Positions 15,827 through 29,691 are shown, numbered from the stretch's first letter. The stretch: 64,000 nt of DNA from Dictyostelium discoideum (GCA_000004695.1 CM000150.2:1120001-1184000); one strand, 5' to 3'. Notes: generated by a model not told the origin, from the sequence alone. A program made the numbers and translations.

Positions 15827-15911
15827 ATATTAATAATAATAATAATAATAATATAAAATTTAATAATAATACAATTTTAGTATTATTATTTTTTTTTATA
15901 AAAAAAAAAAA

Positions 15912-17390
15912 ATGAATGAAATTACAAATAAAATGAATTATTTGATATCTAAATTAATAGACCCAAATTTAGTAAATCAAAATAATAATAATCACAATAA
16001 TAATAATAATAATCATCACAACAATAATAATAATAACAATAATAATTTTAATAATAATTCAAATCCATTAAGTGCAAGAGAAGAGAAACCAAAATTAAAA
16101 TATAAACATTGGTGTGGAACAGTAGAGAAAAAGGTAGCATCAATTGGTTCATTGATACCAGTTTTAGAATCGAATCTTTTAGGATCAGATGAAAAGAAAA
16201 AAGAGAAAGCGATTACAACATTTCATAAAATCACAGTCTCATTGAATGAGTTAATCCCACTTTTAGAGATTATACAATATAAACCAGCTCATAAATCTGA
16301 GGGTTTTGCTTCGACATCACATAGTTCACAACATGGTGAATCTGATTCACCACCAACTTCTGGCTTCATTTCATCCTCCTCAACTTCACCAAATACATCA
16401 AATTCAAATTTAGCAAATTTAACAAATAACGCAACTGCAGCACAAACCACTGCATCATCATCATCAACATCATCATCATCATCATCATCATCATCAACAA
16501 CCAACCCCCCTGTAAATAGCACACCAAATAGTAATAGTAATAGTAATAATAATAAAGATTTAAATAATAATAAAGATCAACAATCACCATTATCAATGTC
16601 ACCAATTTCTTCATCAGCAAATGGTAATTCAGAGAATGGATTATTAGCGGCATATAAAGAGTTAACAAATAGTGGTGGAATTAAAGCACAACAACTTGAT
16701 GGCAGTAGTAGTAATGGGATTAGTGGTGGCGGTGGAGTATTAAGATCAACTAAAGCAATTTCATATTCATGTAGGGATGCAATGTTAACATTATGGTCAC
16801 AATTATTATCATTCATTGAAAAGTATCATAATATTGAAAAGGATTTAACACCATTTTATCAAACTATTCTTTTAATTTGTCGTAGAAAAGAATATGATAG
16901 TTCAATTTCACATATTGATCCAATTACCACTAGACCTTGGTCATTGGCTCCAAATGAAATCTTATCAAAATATAGAAAAATTATACATAAAACTTTTTCA
17001 TTTATTGCTACAATTTTATCATCACCATTATTCTTTTCAATACCATTAACTCATTTTTGTTCAAAAGTATTTATATTTATATTTATTTTTTTATTAAAAA
17101 AAAATTTAAATTTAAATTTAAAATTAATTTAGAAATACTTACACTTTTTTTTTTTTTTTAAAAAAATTAATATAAAGTTTTTATCAGTATCATTTTTTAG
17201 AATACCAAAAGTAGCAAAAATAATTTTAGAAGCATTAACACCACCAGAAACAGAAATTCAAGATATTATATCACATTTTCCAATACCTTCAAATTTAAAA
17301 CATTTAACAATTGTTGGTGATAGACCAGATAAATCACCATTTCATACTTTTTTAATGCAAATGGGTAATAATAATAATATAAATAATATA

Positions 17391-17445
<55 letters not shown>

Positions 17446-17678
17446 TAAATAGTAATAATATAAATAATATAAATAATAATAGTAATAATATAAATGTGAA
17501 TAGTAATAATATAAATGGGAATAATAATATAAATGGTAATAATAATAATATAAGTGGGAATAATAATATAAATGTGAATAATATAAATGGAAATAATATA
17601 AATGGGAATAATATAAATAATATAAATAATATAAATAATAATAATATAAATGGGAATAATATAAATAATAATAATATA

Positions 17679-17748
<70 letters not shown>

Positions 17749-19016
17749 TAAATTTTATTGAAGAATTTTCAATTGAAAATATACCACAAGGTTGGATAGA
17801 TAATTTAGCAAGAAAAGAAAGTGTTTTTTTTATATTTTTTAAAGATTGGCTCACAAGTTGTAAATATGTTTTAGGTGAAACAGTCGATATGAAAACTGTA
17901 CCAGGATTCTTTACTATAGCCTATGCATTACTACATGAAATAAAGACAAGGGAACAAGCACCACCACCACTATCAAAGCCAACACCATCATTGGATGCTC
18001 AGTATACATTGATTCAATGTTGTAGACAAGATAATATAATGGATGTAATGATGAAAACCATTTTCTTAAAGACTTGTGTATTCGATCTACCAGTGGTTTC
18101 AACTACGTTGTCATTGGTTGAATGCTGGCTAAAAGAGTATGGTCCTTTACCCGACTCTTTCGATATCAATTTCTTTTGTGAAGGTATTGAGAGTATAATA
18201 GTGGCTGATCATCACCAAATTCTAATTAGAGCATTACAAATGCTATACAATACAAGTGAATGTTTCCAAAGAAATCTTCGTAAAGTTCTTTTCCAAGATT
18301 TACTTTTAAATAAATACTTTTACGCTTTGTTTTTACATTGGGATCAACCTGTTAGAAATGCATATCATCATTTATTACTCTATAAAATGGTTAGAATTAA
18401 TAGATCGAAACTCTATGAATCTGGTGCTACCTTGCAAGAATTTTCAAAATTAACTCATAATACACCTGCAATTATCACTAAAAGTAGTGCTTTATCACCA
18501 ACTAAATTCATTGATTCAAAAGATGATAATCATAGTTATTTTTCATCTTCCAGAATTAATAATAATTCTTCGTTATCATCAAGTATTAATTCAACAACAT
18601 CAACCACCACAACCACAGCAACAACAAATGGTAAATCAACAACAACACCATCATCATCCCTCTCCTCTAGCACAGGTACTATTAATACAAAATCACATTC
18701 AATTAGTATTGGTAGAAAAGTGCCACCACCTGTACCACCAAGAAATTTTTCAGAAATTGATCAACAATCAAACTTAAATTTAGAGTCTGATGACTCTTTT
18801 GTAATTATAGAATCGGAAAATACAAATAGTAATAATATTAATATTAATAATAATAATAATAATAATAACAATAATAACATATCAATTGAAGGAAATAGCA
18901 TTACTATGACAGCTAGCAATTCACCATCATTAGCTTCAACACCATCACATTTATCACCACAACCATCAGATTTAAGTAATCAACCTTCAAATGTATCATC
19001 ATCATCTGCTACAATA

Positions 19017-19050
<34 letters not shown>

Positions 19051-19181
19051 GTATTAAGGAACAAACAAAGAAACCACTTCCAAAATTACCATTATCTGCA
19101 ATCTCTGAAAAATTCAATAAGGAATATTCACTTGATATGTATGTATAAATAATATAGATTTAAAATTGAAAAAAAAAAACA

Positions 19182-19212
<31 letters not shown>

Positions 19213-19439
19213 CTAGTAAACTATTTTTTGAAATTGAAGTATTAACCAAAAAAGTTCAAGACCAAATGAGATGTCCAGATTTGAAATTTCATGATCCAAT
19301 TTTATCACATTATGTTGCATCATCAATTAGTGAATTTAAAACTTATATCGCACATAGTAATCAAGTTGACTCTACCCCTCCAAAAATAATTCCATTAATG
19401 TTTGCAAATTCAAATCATATTATAAATTATAAAGATTAA
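15912..19439 (+). CDS. Large N/S/T-rich low-complexity protein of unknown family, three exons: ~15912..17058/17066, ~17188/17201..19138, 19217..19439.
   Basis: Two ORFs in the same frame, 15912..17132 and 17355..19148, are separated by a ~130-nt AT-rich segment (gtattt...ttttag). Exon 3 is defined by donor GTATGT at 19139 and acceptor 'ttctag' at 19216, phase 2, giving '...SLDI|KLFFEIEVLTKKVQDQMRCPDLKFHDP...NYKD*'. The conserved-looking block 'WLTSCKYVLGETVDMKTVPGFFTIAYALLHEIK...FLHWDQPVRNAYHHLLLYKMV' has no family I can name. Confidence 0.6.
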
Positions 19440-19748
19440 CAGAAATGAAAGTAATACAACATACACACAAAATACATACATACAAAATACATAAAATATC
19501 AAAAATCCATAATCTTGTTCTCCTTTTTCTGAAAAAAAATAAAAAAATAAAAAATAATAATACTATAAAAAAAAAAATTAAAAAAAAATTAAATAAATAA
19601 AAATAACAATTATTAAAAAGATAAAAATAAAAAATTATAAATAAAAAAAAAAAAAAGTAATAAAAAATAAACAATAGTAAATTTTTTAATTATTTTTTTT
19701 TTTTTTATTTTATGAAAAATACTACAAATTAATAAATAGATTTATCAA

Positions 19749-19787
19749 ATGTAAATGACATTTTTAAAAAATGTTTTTCATTTACAT
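19749..19787 (-). promoter_or_regulatory. Candidate SECIS element in the sep15 3'UTR.
   Basis: A perfect 10-bp palindromic stem 'atgtaaatga...tcatttacat' carries ATGA at the 5' side and TCAT/GA opposite it, 65-105 nt downstream of the stop on the coding strand. No other stable hairpin is present in this UTR. Confidence 0.45.
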
Positions 19788-19852
19788 AATCATTACAATC
19801 AATTTATCAAAGAGATAATGTTTGAAATTGTGTGTATATATTTTGTTTGAGT

Positions 19853-20479
19853 TTAATTAAAATTATTTTGAACAAGATATTCTTCTAAATTTTCAAGTTT
19901 CCAACTTTCGATATTGATATCTTCTTTCTTTCCTTCACTATCTACTAATGTTAAACGTGGATTTGCACCATTTTCGTATTTAACTGATAATTTTGAATAT
20001 AATTTTGCTTTGTTATTAATAAACTCTTTGATTTGGGGATGAGCCCCTAAACGTCATTGACAAACTACTAAACTAACTGATTGATATGTTTTCTTTACTT
20101 TTTCTGATTCTTCTGAACAACAAATTGAACATTCATGACCAAATGCTTTTTTTTTTTTTTTAAAAAATGTTAGAAAATGTTAAAAAAAAAAAAAAAAAAA
20201 GATTATAAAAAAAAATAAATAAAAAAAAAAAAAAAAAAAAAAAAAAGATAAATATTTTAAAAATTACTTACCAGAATCACCAACAAACTCAGCAAAATCT
20301 TTACAAGTTGAACATAATAAAGCATCAGTAAAACCAAGTTCATGACATGATGAAGCTGATGTTCCAGGTGACGATACACCTTGACAATCATTAATTAATA
20401 TACATAAAAAAATAGCAGCTAGTAAAAAGATTAAGGACCACCTATTAGGCGGTCTTTTAATCTTTTTATCTATATGCAT
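19853..20479 (-). CDS. sep15: 15-kDa selenoprotein (Sep15) homolog with an in-frame TGA selenocysteine codon. Two exons on the minus strand: 20479..20272 and 20145..19853.
   Basis: Exon 1 '...CHELGFTDALLCSTCKDFAEFVGDSG' is the Cys-rich UGGT-binding domain, ending at donor GTAAGT (reverse complement of 20265-20271). Exon 2 follows an AG acceptor in a poly-A run and reads 'AFGHECSICC...VSLVVCQ-TGA-RLGAHPQIKEFINNKAKLYSKLSVKYENGANPRLTLVD...EEYLVQNNFN*'. The TGA is the reverse complement of 20055-20057. This matches human Sep15 'LEVCGURLGRFPQVQAFV...LKYVRGSDPVLKLLD'. Confidence 0.8.
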
Positions 20480-20521
20480 TATTAAATATATAAATTAATA
20501 TATAAAAAATAAAAATAAATA

Positions 20522-20552
<31 letters not shown>

Positions 20553-21408
20553 AATTTGTGATGTTGGTGGAAAAAAATAAAAAAAAAAATTGAAAAATAA
20601 AAAAATAAAAAAAAAAATGATTTAAAAAAAAAAAAAAAAATTCAAAATTTGATAATTAAAAAAAAGTTACATTTTCTGATTTCTTTTTTAATTTTTTATA
20701 AATAATTAATTCAAATAAAAAAAAAAAATTTTTTTAAAATTCTTAACTGAATTTTAAAAAGAATTGAAAGAGATATGAAATAGTGTTTAAAAAAGATATT
20801 TTTTTCTTTTTTTTTATTTTTTTAATTTTATAAAAATTTTCTTTTTTTTTTTTTTTTGATTCGGTGAGAACCACGCAGAATTGAAAATATCTGTATTCCA
20901 TGATTTTATTTTCACTTTTTTTTTTTTTTTTTTTTTTTTTTTTCATTATTTTTTTTTTTTTTACATTATTCACAAATAAACATTTGTTCTGTTCTGTGCA
21001 AAGAAAAGTTTTTTGATTTTTATTTATTTTTTATTTTTTTATTTTTAATTTTAATTTTGGATAACCTAACCAATATTAAAAAAAAAAAAAAAAAAAGCAC
21101 ATTCTATTGTTGTTTGTCTCACTAATAAAAGAACATAAAAAAAAAAAAAAACGAATAATTACGTGTTTTTTTAGTTTTTTTTAACTCACCTTAATCTTAA
21201 TCTTAATTTTTTTTTTGAAATACCAGCCACAATTGGGATTTCAAACAATACCACACTTCATAATTTCACAACAGATTCGTGAAAAAAAAAAAAAATAAAA
21301 AAAAAAAATAAAAAAAAAAAAAATAAAATAAAAAATAAAAAATAAAATAAAAAAATAAATAGACTCAGAAACAAAAAAAAAATAAAATAAAATAAAATAA
21401 TCTGGAAA

Positions 21409-21442
<34 letters not shown>

Positions 21443-21517
21443 TAAAATATTTAAAGATTTCAACCAAATATATATATATAAATTATATATATATATGTAT
21501 TAATAAAATAAAAAATA

Positions 21518-22695
21518 ATGGTAAACCCTATGGTTATTGGTTATATTGGATCAGCTGCAGCTATTATTGGATTCGGTTCAAATTATGGTAAGTAGAACTT
21601 TCATTTATTCATTTATTTATTTATTTATTTATTAATTTTAATTTAATTTAATTAAATTTATAGTTCCAGTTAAAAAATATCCAGTTGGTAATGGATTATC
21701 ATATGCATTTATATTATCAATTGGTGGATTATGTGTAGCATTTATAGCGATGATGATTCATGGTACATTTGTATTTTCACCAATTGGTATATTAGGAGGT
21801 AGTTTATGGGCAATGGCAAATCTTTTAATTATTCCAATTATTAAGTTGGTTGGATTAGGATTGGGTGTATTATTGTGGAGTAGTATTGGTATTGTTGTTG
21901 GTTTCTTTTCAGGTAAATTTGGATGGTTAGGATTAGAGAAACAAATAGTAACACATGATTGGATGAATTGGTTAGGTTTTGTTGGTATTGTAATTTCAAT
22001 CTTTTGTTTCTTTTTTATTAAACCATCATTAGAAGATGACAATAATAATAAGAATGTAGTTGATAGATTTAAGAATAAAAAAGGAGGATACATTGATCCA
22101 ATGGATAATGAAGAGTTTCCAATATTACGTGGATCTGTCAATAGTGATGGTCCAATTAAATTTAATAAATATAACAATAATAATAACAATGGTGATGAGT
22201 TAGAAACTTCAACAGAAACAATTTTCGATAAAATACCAACAAAATTTAAAAAGGTTGCTGGTATTAGTATGTCAATTATTTGTGGTGTTTTATTAGGTGT
22301 TAATATGATACCTATGCAACTTTGGAAACAAAATCATCAAGAAGCATCACCATTTGATATTATTTTCTCACAATTTGCTGGTGTATTCTTATTTAATGCA
22401 TTCACTTTTATGTTTTATGCAATGATTAAAAAGTCACCTCAAATCTATCCAAAAACAGTTTTTCCAAGTTTTATCTCTGGTGTTATGTGGGGAATTGCAA
22501 ATTGTGGTTTAATGATTTCAACTCAAAATTTAGGTTATACAGTTGGTTATCCAATCTCTTGTTCAGGTCCAATGATTATCTCTTCATTATGGAGTGTTTT
22601 TTATTTCCATGAAATTAAAGGCACAAAAAATTTATTAATATTATGTGGTTCATTTTTATTTTTAATTTCTGGTATTATTTTACTTGCTTTCTCTT

Positions 22696-22703
<8 letters not shown>
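21518..22703 (+). CDS. TMEM144-like multi-pass membrane transporter (DMT superfamily), two exons: 21518..21587 and 21664..22703.
   Basis: Donor GTAAGT at 21588 and acceptor 'tttatag' at 21663, phase 1. The protein has ~10 hydrophobic segments ('MVNPMVIGYIGSAAAIIGFGSNY-VPVKKYPVGNGLSYAFILSIGG...'). Architecture and motifs are consistent with TMEM144, from memory only. Confidence 0.7.
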
Positions 22704-22727
<24 letters not shown>

Positions 22728-23710
22728 CAAAAAAAAAATAATAATAATACACAAAAATGGTGTAATAATAATAATAATAATAAAAACTTAATAAACGTTT
22801 ATTTATTTAAAATTTTTTTTAAAAATTTAACTGTTTTTTTTTTTTTTTTTTTTTAAATTCAGAAGGATTAAATAAATTTTTTTTTTAATTTATTAAATAA
22901 TATTTTAAAATAATAAACTAGTGGTGAGATAAAAAAAAAAAAAAAAAAAAAAAAAATTAAAGATAAAGTTTTTACAAATCAATAGAGAGGTATAAAATTA
23001 CAAAAAAAAAAAAAAACTTTTTTTTTTTTAATTTTTTTTTTTTTTATTTAAAATATTTCTTTATTTTGATTATAATAATTATTTTATTTAAATATTACTT
23101 CAAATCTAAATCTAAATCTCCTTTGATTAAAATTTTAATTTATTTAATTTATATTATTCCATTTTAATTTTTTTTTTTTTTTAAAAAAAAACTTGTGCTT
23201 TAACTAAAAGACTTATTAGAAAACTCTGAGAAAACTAAACAATATGGATTGTAAAAAAAAAAATTAAAAAAATAGAAATAAATAAAAGTGATCAAAACCT
23301 TTATCTAAACTCTATGGACGTACAAATTATTTTGTTTTAAAATATTTGCACTTTTTTTGGTGATTTTTTTGAAATTTCATTTAAAATATCAAAAAAATTA
23401 TTTTTATAATCATTTGACTTTATTTTTCACCAGTCTGAAATCATATTTTAACATAATATAACTTTATTATTGTTATTATTGTGAACAATTTTTTATTAAA
23501 ATTTTTTTTTGATTATCGTAATGCGTCTTTTAATAAATCAAAATAAAAAATAAAAAATAAATAAAAAATAAAAAATAAAAAAAAAAAAAATAAAAAAAAA
23601 AAAACAAAAAAAAAAAATATAAATTAAAAAAGAAAAAAAAACATTTTATAAAAATTATTACAACATAAATAAATAAACCAAATAAACATATAAAATAAAA
23701 TATAAAGTAA

Positions 23711-23749
<39 letters not shown>

Positions 23750-23813
23750 GTAAAATAAAAAAAAAAAAAAATAGTAAAGGGTTATTAATTAAAATTTTTT
23801 TTTTTTTTTTAGA

Positions 23814-24065
23814 ATGAATAAAGTAGTTTCAATTAATATTGCAGAGATTTTAAAGTCACATGCCACTCATAAATCATTAATGGTTAGAAATAAAAATTTC
23901 TTAAGATCAAGCAATGGCTCTGTGCCAATATATTCAAATTCCATATTACAACCACCAACCACTGCCACCAATAATAACAATGAAAATAATTTTAATTTAG
24001 TGAATGATACAATCGATGATTTGGAATTGGCAATCGAGAATGCTGGTGGTAAACAATTTTGGTGA
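23814..24065 (+). CDS. Small hypothetical protein (83 aa), paralog of the ORF at 25056.
   Basis: 'MNKVVSINIAEILKS...LVNDTIDDLELAIENAGG' compared with 'MNKLIISINIFEIS...IVNDTIDELESAISS'. Both N- and C-terminal blocks are conserved between the two ORFs. Confidence 0.4.
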   Translation: MNKVVSINIAEILKSHATHKSLMVRNKNFLRSSNGSVPIYSNSILQPPTTATNNNNENNFNLVNDTIDDLELAIENAGGKQFW

Positions 24066-25055
24066 AAAAAAAAAAAATATGGAAAAAAAAATGAAAAAAA
24101 AAAAAAAAAAAAAAACTTGTACATAATGTAAAAATCCGGGGTAAAGGATGTTCAAAAAATTGTTTTTTTTTTTTGAAAAAAAAAAAAAAAAAAAAAAAAA
24201 AAACAAATAGCAATCATCTCTCAATAAAAAAAAAGCCATTCTGATAGTGAAATTAATTTTGGCAAATTTAAGAGACATAATATTATCAATTTTATAAAAG
24301 AAAATGATATGAATAAAATAAATAAATTTAAAAAATAAATTTAAAAAATAAATTTAAAAAATAAAATATAAAAAAAAAAATATAAAAAAAAAAAAAATTT
24401 GTTTAACAAAATTTCTTGGGTATTAAAAAAAAAAAAAAAAATAAAAAAAAAAATAAAAATAAAAAATAAAAAAATAAAATAAAAAATAAAAAATAAAATA
24501 AAAAATAAAAAAAATAAAAAATAAAAAAAATGATTAAAGGAAAAGTTTATATCTTTTTTTAACCTTTTTTTCAATTCGATTGGGTGCAAAGGTAAATCTC
24601 TGTGTCAATTATAGTTCAATTAAAAATAAAAAAAAAAAAACGGCTTCTGTTGGGTGTTCTGTTCCAAATTTTTTTTTTTTATTCGAATTTTATTTTTTTT
24701 TAATTTTTTATTTATTTTTTTTTTATTTTTTTTTTTTAGCATCACAAGTGAACTTTTGGAAAATAAGGTCTATTTTTGGGTTTAACAACAACCCAAAAAA
24801 AAAAAAAAAGCCGCAAAATAAAAGAAAAAAAAAAACTATAAATTGAAGGAAAATGAAAATAATAATCATTTGATAAAATAAAATAAAAGCAACACAAATA
24901 AAAAAATAAAATTGTATGTATTTTAATTTTTATCTTTTCTTATTTTTTTTTTTTTTTTTTGTACAATTATCATTTATTTTTCTTTTTCTTCTCTTACTTA
25001 CTAACATTTTTTTTTTTTATTTTTTTTTTTTTATTATTATCTAAAAAGAAATAAA

Positions 25056-25211
25056 ATGAACAAATTAATAATTTCAATCAACATTTTCGAAATTTCAAAC
25101 CAAAATGATTTACCACTTGGAAATGATGAAAATCAATCTCATATTGTTAATGATACAATTGATGAATTAGAAAGTGCAATTTCTTCAATCATCAATTTTT
25201 ACAATCAATAG
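25056..25211 (+). CDS. Small hypothetical protein (51 aa), paralog of 23814..24065.
   Basis: ATG at 25056 and TAG at 25209-25211. Shared motifs as for 23814..24065. Confidence 0.35.
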   Translation: MNKLIISINIFEISNQNDLPLGNDENQSHIVNDTIDELESAISSIINFYNQ

Positions 25212-25506
25212 AGATATCCTTAAAAAAAAAAAAAAAAAAAAGAAAACTATTTTTATTATTTTTTTTTTTTTGATCACAATCTCAGACAATAATGGTGCGT
25301 CACACCACATAATAATCCAACATCTCTGGGTACTACAGATAGAGGAACAAAATTCAATGATTACATATCTGATTGCTTCGTTCTAAAACTAAAGAAAATA
25401 ACCAAAGGTTACTTTCATATTTTATTTCATTTCTTAATTTTTAATAAGATAAAAAAATAAATAATAAAATAATAATAATAATAAAATTAAAAATAAAATT
25501 ATTTTT

Positions 25507-26663
25507 TTATTCATAATATTCTAAATTATTGTTTTTTGAAAATTTCATTAATTTTCCATTTATAATAAAAAAGTTTATACTTTGTAGAATTAAATTTCTT
25601 TCGATCTGTTTTAATGTTTCTTCAGTGCAACCAAAACATAATTCTTCAATAGATTTTGGTAAATGGATAAATGTTTTAATTACTTCTATACCAATTGAAT
25701 CACTTAATTCTAAAAATGTTACACCTTCAGGAATAATACCACGATGACGAATATAATTTTTATAATTTTTTAAAATTAGGTGTTTCGTATTTGTGAAAAG
25801 ATAAGGTTTAAGGATAAAATCATTTTTAAATTCTCCTTCATAAATAAACGTTTCTAAACTGTTGTGTGTAATTTTACTAATTTCCAATACTCCAATACCT
25901 TTAATACATATATATTCAACATTACTGAAACAAAAGTCTAAATTAATAATATTATAATTTGGATTATTTAAAATAACAACCTTTTTATTAGCTATATAAT
26001 CGACATTAATAATTCCATTGAAATCATCACCAAATTCAATCATTTTACTATTATTTGGAAATTGTTCACTTGTTATCGTTGTTGAATTATTAATTCTTAA
26101 AATATCATTTTCACCATTTATTCCATTTCGATATTTAATTCGTTTCAATGGTGTTTGTTTTAAAAATTTAAAGTAATTTTCAAAATTATCATAATTTTCC
26201 TTTTTTTTTTATTTTTTTTTAATTATTATTATATTAAATTAGTACATATTTATTAATATTTTAAAGTAGTTTTCAAAATTATTTACATTTAAAAATGGAT
26301 GAATTTCTAATACATCAATATCTAAATATCTACCTATACATTTTTTTATAAAGTTTAAAAAAAGTGGTGATATTTGACTTTTTTCTACATATTCGTAAAT
26401 ATGAGTTAACTTTATAGGTTTTATTTCAAATTGTGTTGGATAAAATAATTCGAATGATATAAAACCCAAGCTATATACATCAAATGTATAATTAACAATT
26501 GATACGTTATTAAGAATACATTCATCAGGTAAATATGTACCATAATGATCTCTTTTTAAATCTCCAATCTTTTGAGACAATCCATAGTCAATAATCTTTA
26601 TATCAAAATTATTATCATCATTAATATTACTATTACTATTATTATTATCATCATTAATATTAC

Positions 26664-26723
<60 letters not shown>

Positions 26724-27336
26724 CATAATTATTGGGTTTTAAAATTATATTATCACATTTTAAATCCATATGAATTAAATTACAATTATTATGAAGAAAT
26801 TTCATAGTTTCTAAACATTTTTTTAAAATTATTGAAATTTGTTTTTCATTTAAAGGAAATTTTTTTTTTTTTAATTCATAAATTGTTTTTCCTTCAATAA
26901 ATTCTAAATAAATATATAATTTATTTTTTCCTTTAATTCCATATCCAAAATAATCAATTATTGAACTTATTTGCATCTCTTTATTTTTATTTTTTATTAA
27001 TTCTAAATTATTCACTTCATTAAATTGAATTTTATCCTTTTATAATTTTTTTTATTTTTTTTTGTTTTATTTTTATTTTTAAAATAATTTTAATATTAGT
27101 AATAATAATAATATTGATAATTTTTAAATAAAAAGATTAAATTTAAATTAAAATAAAAAGTAATTTACATCAAATTTAATTTTTTTAATTGCAATCATTT
27201 TTTTATTTACAATAGTTCCATTAATTATACCATTTTTCTTTTTTGCTTTTGATATTTTAGAAAACCCACCTTTTCTATAATTTTTTTCAATAATTTCCCA
27301 TTCATCCTTATTGAAAGTGTTATCATTTTCAATCAT
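25507..27336 (-). CDS. FNIP-repeat-containing protein kinase (Dictyostelium fnk-type family), three exons on the minus strand: 27336..27169, 27036..26287, 26199..25507.
   Basis: Exon 1 is the kinase N-lobe ('RKGGFSKIS', 'AIKKIKFD'), with donor GTAAAT. Exon 2 holds 'HMDLKCDNIIL' and 'IIDYGLS', with a long poly-N insert; donor GTAAAT lies after 'EIHPFLN'. Exon 3 holds the FNIP repeats 'LDFCFSNV...', 'LCFGCTEETLKQI'. Intron lengths 132 and 87 nt, phases consistent. Confidence 0.7.
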
Positions 27337-27855
27337 TTTTTATGTGTTGCAGTTAATAATATATATTGATGTTTTTTTTTTTTATTTTTTTTTTTTTATA
27401 TGACCTTTTTTTTTTTTTTTTTATTTTTATTTTATTTTATTTTATTTTTTTTAAAAAAAAGCCCACACGCACTTGTTTTATTTGTAAATAAAAAAAAAAG
27501 AAAAAAAAAATAAAATTAAAAAAGGGGGAAACTAAAAATTAATTTTAAAAAAAGTTTTTTTAAATTATATTATTATTTGCCCAAATGGTGTGGTGAAATT
27601 CTTGAAAATTTATATTTTTTTATTTATTTTATTTACTATAATGAATAATATAATAAATGATCATTTAAAATATACAAAAATAATAAGATATATATCGTAA
27701 AAATTGTTCATGTTATAGTAATTTTTTTTTTTAATAAAAAGTGAATGATTAAAATAAAAAAAAAAAAGTTACTTTTAAATTTATTATTTATTTATTATTA
27801 TTTTATTGTTATTTAAAATTAGAAAGAAAAATAAAAATTTATATTATTAAAATAA

Positions 27856-27905
<50 letters not shown>

Positions 27906-27913
<8 letters not shown>

Positions 27914-29448
27914 CAATATTATCTTTTAAATATGTTTCAGAATTATCAGAATTTTTTAATTCAATTACATGTTGATTAATAATTATAATTGAAATTGAAT
28001 CTGGAATATGTTTTCTTTGAATTTTATCAAATACATCTGGTGGACAAGAAAAAGTTAAATCATTTACAGATGGTGGTAAATTTTTTAAAGTTTCAATTGC
28101 TTCCAAATCTTTTAATTTTCCCCATGCCAAATATTTTACGGTTGGTGGAATTGTATCAATAATAATTGAGTGATTATTAAATGGAATTAATAAATTTTTA
28201 ACATGTGGAATTGATTTTATATTAAGATCAGTTTGTACTTCACCATAGTATTTCAAAGTTTCTAATGTTGGTGGTAAATTTTGAAGTGCATTTCTATTTC
28301 TTCCTAATGACAAATAGCAAAGTGAACCAAAATATGGTAAGGTATGTGTGAAAGCGTTACCTAAAGTCAAAGATTTTAAATCACAATCTAAAAATAAATC
28401 ATCATCCATTTCTTGATTAAAGAAACTATCACCATCTACACCAAAATCAAGAATTTGGACAGTGGATGGTATAGATCCAGGAATTAATCGTTGATTGAAT
28501 GTTTTTTTAAATATTAATTCAACAGTTCCATCTGGAACTATTCCAGGTCCAAATGGTTCTTTATTATCATTATCTTCAAAAGTAAATGTTTTACCCTCAA
28601 TTTTAATTCCTTTCTTCTTTTGGGTTATATCCATCCATCTTTTATGACCTCTTTGAATTAAATAAAGCATATTTCCTTTACTTTTAAATAACTATAAATT
28701 AATAAATTAATATTAAAATTAATGAAAAAAAAATAAAAAAAAAGATTAATCTTTTAAAATATTCGTTAAACATACAGATAAAAATGGATGATCAATCAAA
28801 GTTATTGAATCAAATCTTAAAACTTCTTCTTCAAAAAAACATTTTTGAATAAAATTTTGTAAAAATTTAGAAGCATGTGGTGGAATTTTTGGTATCCAAA
28901 TATTTGGTTTGTTATTATTATTATTAAAACTTGCACCATCAATTTGGATTTCAGTTTCTTCCAATTCCCCACCTAGCATTTTAATTACAAGGCAACCAAA
29001 TATCCAGATATCAGATTTTCTACCACATTGGCCACCCAATTTAATTTCTGGTGGAATATAACCAATACTACCACATTGTGTATAACATTTTGAACCATCG
29101 TTAGATGGTGAAAAACTAAAAGAGAGGCCAAAATCAATTAGTTTCCATTTATTAGATTCTTTATCAAACATGACATTTTCCAATTTTAAATCTCTATGAA
29201 TAACTCCAATTTCATGAATTGATGCTAATGATTTTATTAAATCTTCAATTATTTCACTTAATTCTTTCTCTGGAATCGGATGATTTTTTAAAACATATTC
29301 TTCTAAAGTATATCCATTAATATATTCAATAAATATATATGTAGTATGTTTATTACAACACCAACCATAACATTTTACTATACTATCAATATTTTTCAAT
29401 TTTTCTAAAACTTGACCTTCTTTCCAAACATTTTTATCCTTTTTATTT

Positions 29449-29495
<47 letters not shown>

Positions 29496-29691
29496 TCCAT
29501 TATTTTAAAAAATTAAAATTAAATATAAATAATTATTAAAAATTTACCTTATTTATAATAATTTTTAAAATACAAGTTTTAAAAGAATTTCCATTTAAAA
29601 CAATATTGTTTTTATTATTTACTTTAAAAACATTTGATTTTAATGTCTCTACAATTTCCCAATCTTCTTCTTTATATATATATGAATTCAT
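27906..29691 (-). CDS. Second FNIP-repeat protein kinase, a tandem paralog. Three exons on the minus strand: 29691..29548, 29438..28776, 28691..27906.
   Basis: Same architecture as the upstream gene: exon 1 'MNSYIYKEEDWEIVETLKSNVF...' with donor GTAAAT; exon 2 'GVIHRDLKLENVMF', 'LIDFGLS', 'GYIPPE' with donor GTATGT after 'HPFLS'; exon 3 FNIP repeats 'ILDFGVDGDSFFNQ', 'LTFSCPPDVFDKI'. Confidence 0.7.

Noticed and set aside
16289-16816. Antisense ORFs (poly-D, poly-M, poly-Y) within the 15912 gene.
   Set aside because: They are complements of the Ser/Asn-rich coding repeats.
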